This document shows, piece by piece, positions 51,177 through 64,000 of a DNA stretch of 64,000 bases; the stretch's first letter is position 1; every line of letters begins with the position of its first letter. The notes beneath the pieces were generated by a model that searched no databases, was not told the DNA's origin, and saw only the letters and a list, made by a program, of their open reading frames with translations. The DNA comes from an uncultured Actinomycetes bacterium. Its GTDB lineage: Bacteria > Actinomycetota > Thermoleophilia > UBA2241. Made by a program: the position numbers and the translations under genes. Where the stretch lies: contig CAVRZA010000008.1 of NCBI GenBank assembly GCA_963725665.1, positions 64,001 to 128,000 on the forward strand, read 5' to 3'.

Positions 51177-51829
51177 TCGCCATCGACGGACCGGCCGGCT
51201 CGGGCAAGAGCACGCTCGCGCGCCTGCTGGCCGAGCGCCTCGGGTTCGCCTTTCTCGACACCGGCGCGATGTACCGCGCCGTGACCCTGCTCGCGCTGCG
51301 CGATGGGGTGGCGCTCGACGACGGCGCCTCGCTGGCCGCGCTGGCCCGCTCGGCGCACCTCGGCTTCGACGAGCGGGGACACGTCACGGCCGGCGAGCGC
51401 GACGTCAGCGACGAGATCCGCCGCCCGGCGGTGTCCGCGGCGGTCTCGCAGGTCTCCGCTCACGCCCAGGTCCGCGATGTGCTCGTGGCCGAGCAGCGGC
51501 ACATCGCCGAGGCGTCCGACGTAGTCATGGAGGGGCGCGATATCGGGACGGTGGTGTGCCCCGACGCCGCCGTGAAGATCTTCCTCGTCGCAGACGCGCC
51601 TGTGCGCGCCGAGCGTCGGCGCAAGGAGCTCGTGGCCAACGGGGAGCACGTCGATCCCCACGAGACCCTGACGGCCATCGAGGCGCGGGACGCCTACGAC
51701 TCGTCGCGGGTCGTGGCGCCACTGAAGGCGGCGCCCGACGCGGTGCAGCTCGATTCCTCGCAGCTCGACATCGCAGCCATGGTCGACGCCGCGACGGACA
51801 TCGTCCGTGAGAGATTGGGGGAGAAGTGA
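51173..51829 (+). CDS. cmk: Cytidylate kinase
   Basis: IAIDGPAGSGKST, LDTGAMYR, EGRDIGTVV. Confidence 0.97.
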   Translation: MIAIDGPAGSGKSTLARLLAERLGFAFLDTGAMYRAVTLLALRDGVALDDGASLAALARSAHLGFDERGHVTAGERDVSDEIRRPAVSAAVSQVSAHAQVRDVLVAEQRHIAEASDVVMEGRDIGTVVCPDAAVKIFLVADAPVRAERRRKELVANGEHVDPHETLTAIEARDAYDSSRVVAPLKAAPDAVQLDSSQLDIAAMVDAATDIVRERLGEK

Positions 51830-52564
51830 CGATCGACGAAGAATCCGCGCGGCGAGACGCGGATCGGCGGCCGGTCGCCGAGGCTGGGGGAGACCCTCCC
51901 GGCGTACACCGGCTGCCCCAACCGATGGGCCGTCTGCCGATCTACGTGCCTGAGGACCCCTGGTTCTACAAGGTCGCCCGGGTCGTCCTGCCGACCACTC
52001 TAGCGACAGTTTTACCATCTGCGTACGTCGGGGACCGAACACCTGCCCCCGCGAGGACCGGCCATCGTGGTCATCAACCACCAGAGCGACTTCGACCCGC
52101 CGTTCATCGGCGTGTCCTTCGCGAGACCCTTGCGCTTCATGGCCAAGAGCGAGCTCTTCGAACAGGCTTGGTTCCGTTGGATGATCGAGCACCTGGGCGC
52201 GTATCCCATCCACCGCGGTGAGGGCGATCGCGAGGCGCTGCGCCGTTCCCTCGAGGTGCTCGCGGCCGGGCAGGTGCTCCTCATGTTCCCCGAGGGCACG
52301 CGACACGATGACGGCCGGGTGCACTCCTTCGAGCCGGGTGTCGGCTTGCTGGCCCTGCGCAGCGGCGCGCCGGTGATCCCGGCGGCCATGAAGGGCACCG
52401 AAGAGATACGACGCGACGGGCGGCTCGGCCTCGCGTCGGTGCGCCTCGTGGCCGGGCCGCCCGTCGCCCTCGACGACCTCGAGGGGCGCGGGAGCAAGGT
52501 GTACGCGGAGGCGTCACAGCGCATGATGGAGGCCGTGAGCGCCCTCTACGACAGACTGCCGTGA
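51826..52564 (+). CDS. plsC: 1-acyl-sn-glycerol-3-phosphate acyltransferase, split by a +1 frameshift near 52012
   Basis: NHQSDFD, FMAKSELF and FPEGTR lie in the downstream frame; the N-terminus (WFYKVARVVL) is in the upstream frame; removing one T from TTTT joins them. Confidence 0.88.
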
Positions 52565-53415
52565 GCGACGTCGAGATCGTCGTGGCGCCGTACGCGGGGT
52601 ACTGCTACGGGGTCGAGCGCGCCTTGCGCCTGGCGCAGGAGGCGTCAGGCGAGGTGCCGGCGCCCATCCACACGCTGGGTCCGATCATCCACAATCCATC
52701 GGTCGTCGAGCGCCTCGCCCAGCGGGGCATCGAGGCCGTCGAAAGCCTCGACGCGATCGCGGAGGGGAGCGTCATCATCCGCACCCACGGCGTGCCGCCC
52801 GGCGTGGTCGCCGAGGCGCGCCGGCGCGGCCTCGAGGTCATCGACGCCACCTGTCCCTTCGTCACCGTCGCCCAGCGCAAGGCGAGCGAACTGCAGGAGA
52901 AGGGTTACGTCCCCGTGATCCTGGGTGAGCGCGACCACCCCGAGGTGGTCGGTCTCACTGCCTGCGCCGGCGAGAAGGCGATCGTCGTCGAGGACGCCGG
53001 CGAGCTCGCTGCAGGTGCGGTGCGCGGCCGGCGCGTGGGCGTCGTCGTGCAGACGACACAGACACGCGAGAACCTGTCCCGCCTAGCTGCGACACTGGCG
53101 CCGCTGGCACGCGAGCTGCTTGTCTTCAACACCATCTGCGACGCCACCGAGAAGCGCCAGGCGGCCGCCCGCGAGCTGGCGGCGACGGTCGACGCCATGG
53201 TCGTCGTGGGCGGCCGCAACAGCGCCAACACGACGCGCCTGGCCAGCCTCTGCCGCGAGCTGCAGCCGCGCACCTGGCACATTGAGCGCGCGGCGGAGCT
53301 CGAACGCGAGTGGCTCGCCGGCCTGCGCCGCATCGGCGTGGCGGCCGGGGCCTCGACACCCGAGGAGGAGATCGAGGCAGCCGTGGCGCGCATCCGGGAG
53401 CTCGTTGCCGACTGA
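52561..53415 (+). CDS. ispH: 4-hydroxy-3-methylbut-2-enyl diphosphate reductase
   Basis: GYCYGVERA, IIHN, DATCPFV, HPEV, TICDAT..RQ, SANT, GASTP. Confidence 0.97.
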   Translation: MSDVEIVVAPYAGYCYGVERALRLAQEASGEVPAPIHTLGPIIHNPSVVERLAQRGIEAVESLDAIAEGSVIIRTHGVPPGVVAEARRRGLEVIDATCPFVTVAQRKASELQEKGYVPVILGERDHPEVVGLTACAGEKAIVVEDAGELAAGAVRGRRVGVVVQTTQTRENLSRLAATLAPLARELLVFNTICDATEKRQAAARELAATVDAMVVVGGRNSANTTRLASLCRELQPRTWHIERAAELEREWLAGLRRIGVAAGASTPEEEIEAAVARIRELVAD

Positions 53416-53422
53416 GGCGCAG

Positions 53423-54777
53423 ATGCGTGGATTGCCGGTCGAGGCAGCGCGAGGGGCCGCCGAACGGGCGGGCCTGCGAGCCGGCGACGAGATCGTCACC
53501 GTCGACGGCAGGCCCGCCGTCGATGTGCTCGACCTCGAAGCGGCTGCCGCCGACGATTCGTTCGCGTTGACCGTGCGGCGCGCCGGTCGCGAGCTTGCCC
53601 TGAACGTTGACCTCGAGCGCGGCGAGAGCCACGGGGTGGCTCTCGCAGGCGGGCTGGGCGCTCCGGTCCGTCGCTGCCGCAACGACTGTCGGTTCTGCTT
53701 CATCGACCAGGTGCCGGCGGGGTTGCGACCGTCGCTACGCGTCAAGGACGACGACTACCGCCTCTCGTTCCTGCGCGCCACGTTCATCACGCTCACCAAC
53801 ATGGACGAGGACGACCTCGCGCGCGTGGAGCGCCTGCGACTGTCCCCGCTGTTCGTCTCGTTGCACGACTGGGACGACGAGCGCCGGGCGCGGCTCATGG
53901 GTGAACCGGCGCGCGCGAGCCGCGCGAAGCTCGCGCGGCTCGCGCGCGCCGGCATCGAGCTACACGTCCAGGTGGTGCTGTGCCCGGGATGGAACGACGG
54001 CGTCGCGCTTGCCGAGACCATCGCCGGCCTCGCGGCGGTGTCCGCGGTGGCCGACGTGGGCGTCGTACCGGTCTCGCTGACGGCCGAGGGCGAGCTGCGA
54101 CGGGCCACGGCCGACGACGCGGCGCGGGCGATTGCTCTGATCGAGGCCGCGCAGGGCCGGGCGAAGTCGAGCCGAAGGAAGGACTTCGCGCACGCCGCCG
54201 ACGAGCTCTACCTGCTGGCGGGCCGCCGGCCGCCGGCGAGCGACGCCGAGCTGCAGTACGAGAACGGCGTCGGTCTTGTCGCGGCGACGCTCGCGGAAGT
54301 CGACGAAGCGCGGCTCGGCGAGGCGCCGGCCGCTCGCCCTCCCGGCGATGGACGACGCTTCGCCTTGCTGACCGGCGTCCTCGCGTGGCCCGTCATCGAG
54401 GAGGTCTGCGACCGTCTCGGGTCCCGTGGCGGAGAGCCTGCCGAGGGGGCGCGCGACCGCGCCGCGCGTCCGACGCGGCTGCGGCGGGACGAGCGGCGCG
54501 AGCCGCGGCGCGCGCGCGTCCCTACGTCGTGGGCAACGAGCTCTTCGGGCCGCACGTCACGGTCACCGGTCTGCTCGGAGGCGGCGACGTGCTGCGCGGT
54601 CTGCGCGAGCAGCCGCTCGCCGCCGGCGAGTGGCTGCTCGCGCCCGAGGCCTTTCTGCCGTCCGAGCTGGGTGTGACGCTCGACGACGTGCCGTTCGAGA
54701 CGCTACGAGAGGCCTGTGACGGGCGCTTCGCCGTCGGCAGGAGCCTGGCCGAGGCCTTCGCGAGAGCGGGCCGATGA
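53423..54777 (+). CDS. DUF512/TIGR03279 PDZ plus radical SAM-like Fe-S protein, with a frameshift around 54430-54520
   Basis: [33 protein letters not shown]; the conserved C-terminus [14 protein letters not shown] lies in another frame. Confidence 0.85.
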
Positions 54778-54847
54778 GCGGCCCAGTATGCCCTTGTGGG
54801 CCCGCTCCCCCCGCGCGGCGGCAGCTCACGATCGGCGAGGCAGAGCC

Positions 54848-56149
54848 GTGAGCCCGATCCCCGTCATCGCCGTGGTCGGCTACCCCAACGCGGGCAAATC
54901 GACCCTGGTCAATCGTCTCAGCGGCACCCGGACCACTGTCGTGCATGAGACGCCGGGCGTGACACGTGACCGCAAAGCGATCGACGTGGAGTGGAACGGG
55001 CGCCACCTGACGCTTCTCGACACCGGCGGCTTCGACGTGGCCGATCACTCGCGACTCGCCGAGGAGATCCGCTCGCAGGTCGATGCGGCCATCGCCGAGG
55101 CCGACGCAGTGCTCTTCGTGGTCGACGCGCGCGCGGGACCGCTGCCGGGGGACCACGAGATCGCCGACCGCCTGCGTCGTGCTCACGTGCCCGTCGTGCT
55201 CGTGGCGAACAAGATCGACGATCCCCGCCGGGACGATCTCGCAGCGCAGTTCTACGAGCTCGGCCTCGACGAGCCACTGCCTGTGTCGGCCATGCACGGC
55301 ACGGGCACGGGTGACCTGCTCGACAGCCTGCTGGAGCTGGTGCCCGAACCTGGCGATGCGCTGGGATCCGTCGAGGAGGCGGCTATCCCCGTCGCCATCG
55401 TCGGTCGGCCGAACGCCGGCAAGTCGTCGCTCCTCAACGCTCTCGTCGGCGAGAAGCGCGTCATCGTGAGCGAGGCGCCGGGCACGACGCGCGACGCCAT
55501 CGACACGACGGTCAAGCTGCCCCAGGGCCTCTTTCGCTTCATCGACACCGCCGGCATGCGCAAGGCGGCCAAGGTCTCCGGCGTCGAGTACTACAGCTAC
55601 CTGCGCAGCCTTGCCAGCCTCGAGCGCGCCCACGTGGCCGTCGTCGTCCTCGACACGACCGTGGGCATGGGCGAGCTCGATGTCAACGTCGCCGCCGAGG
55701 CCGCGAGGCGCGGCTGCGCCACGGTGCTCGCGGCCAACAAGAGCGATCTCGCGCCGCCCGACTTCGACGAGCTGCGCGGGGTCGCTCGCCGCAAGCTGCG
55801 CCAGCAGCCGCCGGTCATCGCCGTATCGGCCCTCACAGGCGCCGGCCTGGGCGAGCTGCTCGACGTAGTCGCCCTACTCGAGAGCCGCTATACTGCCCAC
55901 ATCCCGACCCCGGAGCTCAATCGGGCGCTCGCGGCCGCCAACGCGCTGCGGCCCCTACCGCGCCGAGGGAGGCGCACGCTGAAGACGTACTTCATCGCGC
56001 AGTACGCCACGACGCCGCCCCGCTTTGCGGTCGATGTCAACGACCGTGGGCTCGTCACCCGTGACTACGGCTACTTCCTCGAGAACCGCTTGCGCGAGCG
56101 CTTCCGGCTCGCCGGCGTGCCGGTGATCATCGACTTCAAGGAGAAGTAG
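54848..56149 (+). CDS. der: Ribosome biogenesis GTPase Der/EngA
   Basis: Two G domains ([16 protein letters not shown]; GVTRD, GTTRD) and KH-like C-terminus. Confidence 0.97.
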   Translation: MSPIPVIAVVGYPNAGKSTLVNRLSGTRTTVVHETPGVTRDRKAIDVEWNGRHLTLLDTGGFDVADHSRLAEEIRSQVDAAIAEADAVLFVVDARAGPLPGDHEIADRLRRAHVPVVLVANKIDDPRRDDLAAQFYELGLDEPLPVSAMHGTGTGDLLDSLLELVPEPGDALGSVEEAAIPVAIVGRPNAGKSSLLNALVGEKRVIVSEAPGTTRDAIDTTVKLPQGLFRFIDTAGMRKAAKVSGVEYYSYLRSLASLERAHVAVVVLDTTVGMGELDVNVAAEAARRGCATVLAANKSDLAPPDFDELRGVARRKLRQQPPVIAVSALTGAGLGELLDVVALLESRYTAHIPTPELNRALAAANALRPLPRRGRRTLKTYFIAQYATTPPRFAVDVNDRGLVTRDYGYFLENRLRERFRLAGVPVIIDFKEK

Positions 56150-56782
56150 GTGCTCGACGTCGTGCTCGCCCTTGGACTCGTCATCGTTGCCTACCTCGTC
56201 GGGTCCATTCCGTTCGGCGTGCTCATCGGGCGCTGGTTCTGGGGCACCGACGTGCGCGACTACGGTTCGGGCAACATCGGCACGACCAACGTCTTCCGGG
56301 TGCTCGGCACCAAGGCGGGCATCCTCGTCCTCGCCTGCGACATGGGCAAGGGGTTCCTGCCGACGTTCCTGGCGACGCTCTTCCTGGCGCCGTGGGTGGC
56401 GGTCGTCGTCGGGCTCGTGACTCTCCTCGGGCACACCTACTCGGTCTTCTTGCGCGGCAACGGTGGCAAGGGGGTCGCCACGGGAGCCGGGGTGATCCTC
56501 GCTCTCATGCCGGTGGTGTTCCTTGTGCTGCTGGTGACCTGGGTCGTCGTCATCCTTGTGACGCGCATCGTGAGCTTGGCGTCGATCTTAGCCGCCATAG
56601 CCTTCTGCGTGTCTACCTTCGTCACCCACCAGCCCCTCTCGTACCGCATCGCCGCGGTCATCGGCACGCTGGTGGTGATCTACGCACACCGCAGCAACAT
56701 CCGGCGCATCGCCCTGCGCGCGGAGAACCGTGTCAGACTGCCTTGGAGCGATCGCGGCGACGCGCAGCCGCACGGTCAATGA
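56150..56782 (+). CDS. plsY: Glycerol-3-phosphate acyltransferase PlsY
   Basis: YLVGSIPFG, GSGNIGTTNVFR, GGKGVAT, HRSNIRR. Confidence 0.96.
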   Translation: MLDVVLALGLVIVAYLVGSIPFGVLIGRWFWGTDVRDYGSGNIGTTNVFRVLGTKAGILVLACDMGKGFLPTFLATLFLAPWVAVVVGLVTLLGHTYSVFLRGNGGKGVATGAGVILALMPVVFLVLLVTWVVVILVTRIVSLASILAAIAFCVSTFVTHQPLSYRIAAVIGTLVVIYAHRSNIRRIALRAENRVRLPWSDRGDAQPHGQ

Positions 56783-56833
56783 GAGCGGACCGGTGACCGA
56801 CGCTGTGCAGCCGAACGGGCCGAGGGAGTTGCC

Positions 56834-57908
56834 ATGAAGGTCACCGTCATCGGCTCGGGGAGCTGGGGATGCGCCTTCGGGCGGCTCCTCGTGCGCCGAG
56901 GACACGACGTGCAGGTGCTGACTCGTGACCCGTGATGAGGCCGTCGAGATCAACGGCGCGCACGCCAACCCACACTTCCTGCCGGGTATCGAGCTGCCCG
57001 CGGAGCTCAGGTTCATCGCCATGGACGAGGCCTCGCTGAGTGGTTGTGAGCTCGTGGTCTACGCCGTCCCGACCCAGGTCGTGCGCGAGGTCGCCCGCTG
57101 GGTCGAGGCTCGCCGGCCGGCGCGGGCGCTGCAGCTCTCGCTGGCGAAGGGCCTCGAGCGCGGCTCCCTCCGGCGGCCGACCGAGGTCATCGGCGAGGAG
57201 ACGTTCGTCGTCGCCGCGGCGCTCTCGGGTCCCAACCACGCCGAAGAGGTCGCGCGCGACATGCCGGCCGGCACGGTGATCGCCTGCTCAGACCAGGGCG
57301 TGGCCAAGCAGCTGCAAGGCGCGGTGACGGGTGACACGCTGCGCGTCTACACCAACGAGGACGTGGTCGGGGTGGAGTTCTGCGGCGCGGCCAAGAACCC
57401 CATCGCGCTCGCCGTGGGCATGGCCGACGGACTCGGCTTCGGCGACAACACGCGGGCCACACTGATGACGCGCAGCCTGGCCGAGATCGCGCGCATCGGC
57501 ATGCGCCTGGGAGCCGACTTCGCCACCTTCGCCGGTCTCGCCGGCATCGGTGACCTCATCGCCACCTGCACCTCGCAGCACAGCCGCAACCGGCGCGCCG
57601 GCGAGCTCATCGCCAAGGGAGAGGACCCGCGGCGCGTCGAGGAGGTCGTGGGCCAGACCGTGGAGGGCATCCCCACGACCTACGCGCTGCACGATCTGAG
57701 CGCCAAGCTCGGTGTCGAGATGCCGGTGACGGAGGCCGTCTATCAGGTGCTCGAGCACGGCGTCGGCCCCGCGGCCGGGGTGCGCAGCCTGATGGGCCGG
57801 GAGCTGACCTCGGAGCAGGCGAGCCAGGATCTCCTCACGCTCATCGCGCAGATCAGGCAGACGGCGAGCAAGACCGCGAGGCGGACCGCTCGCCGTCTGC
57901 TGTCATAG
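56834..57908 (+). CDS. gpsA: NAD(P)H-dependent glycerol-3-phosphate dehydrogenase, split by a +1 frameshift near 56925-56933
   Basis: MKVTVIGSGSWG from ATG 56834 stops at TGA 56933; the remainder (SGPNHAEE, KN, GDLIATC.S.HSRN) continues in the +1 frame. Confidence 0.9.
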
Positions 57909-57995
57909 GCGATCGTCGCGGCATCACGGCGGTGTCTCCATCCGGTCAGTTGCCTCTCCGCCGGGTGGTCATCGTTGTCGTCCGTGCGAGCCGTC

Positions 57996-58004
57996 TGCTA
58001 GACT
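57996..58004 (+). promoter_or_regulatory. Extended -10 (TGcTAGACT) upstream of the SAM riboswitch
   Basis: Motif lies about 17 nt before riboswitch P1. Confidence 0.6.
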
Positions 58005-58021
58005 GCGGACGGCCGCAGGGA

Positions 58022-58146
58022 CTCATCGAGAGGAAGCCCCGCCTGGCGCGGGGCGGCTGAGGGACTGGCCCTGAGAAGCCCGGCAACCGGCCGCACGGCA
58101 CGGTGCCAACTCCAGCAGGTCGCTCGCGTGCGGCCTGGCAGATGAG
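58022..58146 (+). ncRNA. SAM-I (S-box) riboswitch upstream of metK
   Basis: P1 CTCATC/GATGAG, ATCGAGAG, GAGGGACTGGCCC kink-turn/pseudoknot region, CGGCAACC...GGTGCCAACTCC. Confidence 0.95.
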
Positions 58147-58225
58147 CCGGCCAGGTTCTTGACGACGACACAGCGACGCGCCCATGCGGCGTCGCCGATG
58201 CGCACGAGGAGGCAGCGTGGAGGAC

Positions 58226-59458
<1,233 letters not shown>

Positions 59459-59591
59459 GCCCCAGCCGCGGATCGCCGGTCGGGGTGGCGCCGGTCTCGT
59501 CGTGCGAACGGCCGGCGGATCGTCACCCGAACGCCGGTGCGCGCCCCCTGTCGGGCGTCCCCCTGGGCGGGTAGACTCGCGGTGATCTGAC

Positions 59592-61943
<2,352 letters not shown>

Positions 61944-62063
61944 GCAGTCGACCGGCTGGCTCGGGCCGCGAGCGAGGGGATACCATACCCGTGGCGAAAG
62001 GGGCGTGCGGTCCGTGCCGATAAGAAGACCGCAGACAGTCGAGTCGAGGTAGCAAGAGGAGTC

Positions 62064-62621
62064 TTGAGCGAGGTCGTACAAACCAGCGTCGAGGAGAGCG
62101 CCGAGCTGACCGAGAGGCGCCGGGCGGCTCTGCGCCAGGTGCGCGTGTTCGGCGATCCCGTGCTGCGCGAAAAGGCGCAGCCCGTCACCAGTTTCGACGA
62201 CGAGCTCGCCACGCTCGCCGAACGTATGACGGGGATCATGCGCGACGCCCCCGGCATCGGTCTCGCCGCGACCCAGGTGGGCGTCGTGCGACGCCTGCTC
62301 GTCTACCAGATCGAAGACGAGGCTCACGCCCTCGTCAACCCCGAGGTCGAGGCCGTCGTCGACGAGGCCGAGATCGCCGAAGAGGGCTGTCTCAGCGTGC
62401 CGGGGATCGTCGTGCCGGTCGAGCGGCCACTCGTGGTCGATGTGCGCGCTCAGGACCTGCACGGGGAACGGCTGGAGTTCACGGCTGAGGGGCTTGAGGC
62501 GCGTGTGATCCAGCACGAGCTCGATCATCTGGACGGCGTGCTGATCATCGACCGTACGACCAGACAGGAGCGCGCCAAGGCGTTACGTGCGCTCCGTGAG
62601 GGCGAGCTCAACCGGGTCTGA
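62064..62621 (+). CDS. def: Peptide deformylase
   Basis: GIGLAATQVG, EGCLS, QHELDHLDG. Confidence 0.97.
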   Translation: MSEVVQTSVEESAELTERRRAALRQVRVFGDPVLREKAQPVTSFDDELATLAERMTGIMRDAPGIGLAATQVGVVRRLLVYQIEDEAHALVNPEVEAVVDEAEIAEEGCLSVPGIVVPVERPLVVDVRAQDLHGERLEFTAEGLEARVIQHELDHLDGVLIIDRTTRQERAKALRALREGELNRV

Positions 62622-62628
62622 CCGCGGC

Positions 62629-63534
62629 ATGGATCTGGCCTACGCGGGTACCGCCCGCTTCGCTTCGCTCGTTCTCGACCGCTTGCTTGCCTCAGCCGAG
62701 TTCACCGCCCTTCACTGTGTCGTCGCCTGCGTGACGACGCCCGATCGCCCCCGGGGGCGCCACGGCACCCCGCAGCCCTCGCTTCTCAAGGAGACCGCGC
62801 TCGCCGCCGACCTGGCTGTGTTGCAGCCCGATCGCCTCGACGAGGCGTTCGCCGATGACGTGCTCTCACGTGGTGCGGGAGCGCTCGTGGTCTGCGCCTA
62901 CGGGCGCATCATCCCCACGGCAGTCCTCGAACGTATCGAGACCCTCGTCGTCCATCCTTCACTCCTGCCGCGCTGGCGCGGTGCGGCGCCTGTGCAGCGC
63001 GCGCTGATGGCCGGCGAGACCGAACTCGGTGTGGCTACGCTGCACATGACACCGGGCGTCGACGAGGGCCCCATCGGCGACCTGCGCCTGGTGCACGTGC
63101 CGCGCGAGGCCGACGCCGGCCAGGCCTACGAGGCGTTGGCGCAGCCGGCCGCCGAGGGCCTCATGGCGGTGCTCGACGGCCTCGCGCATGGGGGCGTCGA
63201 GTGGCGCCCGCAGGAGGGCGAGTCGACCTACGCCGCCAAGATCGGCGACGCCGACCGGCCTATCGACTGGCGTCGCCCTGCACGCGAGATCGCCGACCAG
63301 GTGCGGGCGCTGTCGCCGCAGGTCGGGGCGGTCGCCGAGCTCGGCGGTCAGCGCACGCTTATCTGGCGTGCGCGCCCACTCGACGAGCCGCCCTCGGAGG
63401 CCGACCGCGACCGCCTCGTCATGGCCACCGGTGAGGGATGGCTGGAGATCCTCGAGCTGCAGGAGGCGGGCAAACGGCGGATCACGACCCAGGAGTACCT
63501 GCGCGGCGCGGGCCGGCGCCTGGCAGGTCAGTAG
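62629..63534 (+). CDS. fmt: Methionyl-tRNA formyltransferase
   Basis: PDRPRGR, AYGRI, HPSLLPRWRGAAPVQRA, DEGPI, YAAKI, IDW; follows def. Confidence 0.93.
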   Translation: MDLAYAGTARFASLVLDRLLASAEFTALHCVVACVTTPDRPRGRHGTPQPSLLKETALAADLAVLQPDRLDEAFADDVLSRGAGALVVCAYGRIIPTAVLERIETLVVHPSLLPRWRGAAPVQRALMAGETELGVATLHMTPGVDEGPIGDLRLVHVPREADAGQAYEALAQPAAEGLMAVLDGLAHGGVEWRPQEGESTYAAKIGDADRPIDWRRPAREIADQVRALSPQVGAVAELGGQRTLIWRARPLDEPPSEADRDRLVMATGEGWLEILELQEAGKRRITTQEYLRGAGRRLAGQ

Positions 63535-64000
63535 CCGGCGCGGCGCCGGCCCGCGAGGCGGCCTACGCTGTGCTGCTACGGGCCGAGCGCGAGCCCGGCC
63601 GTCTCGACCTCGCCCTCGGGGCGAGGCCCGAGTTCGCCGGGCTCGCCCCCCGCGACCGCTCCCTCGCCTCCGAACTCGTCTCGGGCACCCTCAAGCGGCG
63701 CAACAGCCTCGACGCTGTGCTCGCGGTATCCACCGGCGGACGACCGCTTACCCGTGTCGACGTGGGTGTGCGCACGGCGCTGCGCCTCGGCGCCTTTCAG
63801 CTTCTCTACCTCGACCGCGTGCCGGCGCACGCGGCGGTCGACGACTCCGTCGAGCTGGCGAAGCGCAGTAGTCGGCGCGCCGGTGGGTTCGCCAATGCCG
63901 TGCTGCGACGGGTCGCGGCGGAGGGACGCGAGCGGCTCGCCGGCCTGTCCGAGGGCGCGTCGCTCGGGGCAGTGGCCCTGCGCACCTCTCACCCCCAGTG
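63531..64000 (+). CDS. rsmB: 16S rRNA m5C967 methyltransferase RsmB/Sun (N-terminal NusB-like domain; runs off the window; start uncertain)
   Basis: AREAAYAVL...RDRSLASELVSGTLKRR..LD...LRLGAFQLLYLDRVPAHAAVDDSVELAK...GFANAVLRR; follows fmt. Confidence 0.88.

Overview
A high-GC (about 70%) core-genome window with all credible genes on the + strand. Gene content and order suggest a deep-branching actinobacterium, probably class Thermoleophilia (inference). The order is tig-clpP-clpX-lon-valS-folC, a small membrane ORF and a zinc-ribbon gene, ndk-maf-mreBCD-pbp2-rodA, DUF697, a radical-SAM pair, rne-rplU-rpmA-obgE-proBA-nadD-yqeK-LCP-rsfS, CAP, LexA-boxed dinB, EF-G2, yebC-ruvCAB-queH-queA-tgt-yajC, parA-ftsZ-scpAB-rluB, aroH and hisC remnants, aroF-tyrA-aroA-cmk-plsC-ispH-DUF512-der-plsY-gpsA, SAM-I riboswitch-metK, and priA-def-fmt-rsmB. 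I saw no mobile elements, CRISPR arrays, rRNA or tRNA. The strongest candidate for a new system is an orphan ParA/Soj gene overlapping an intact ftsZ that lies outside the dcw cluster. This FtsZ carries an N-terminal peptide resembling the ParA-activating motif of ParB, suggesting direct ParA-FtsZ coupling. Other notable items are a sharply bounded low-GC3 in-frame patch in valS, a probable ATT start for mreB and possible GTA starts, in-frame internal deletions of aroH and hisC, a SAM-I aptamer with an extra hairpin, and three frameshifts that may be sequencing errors.
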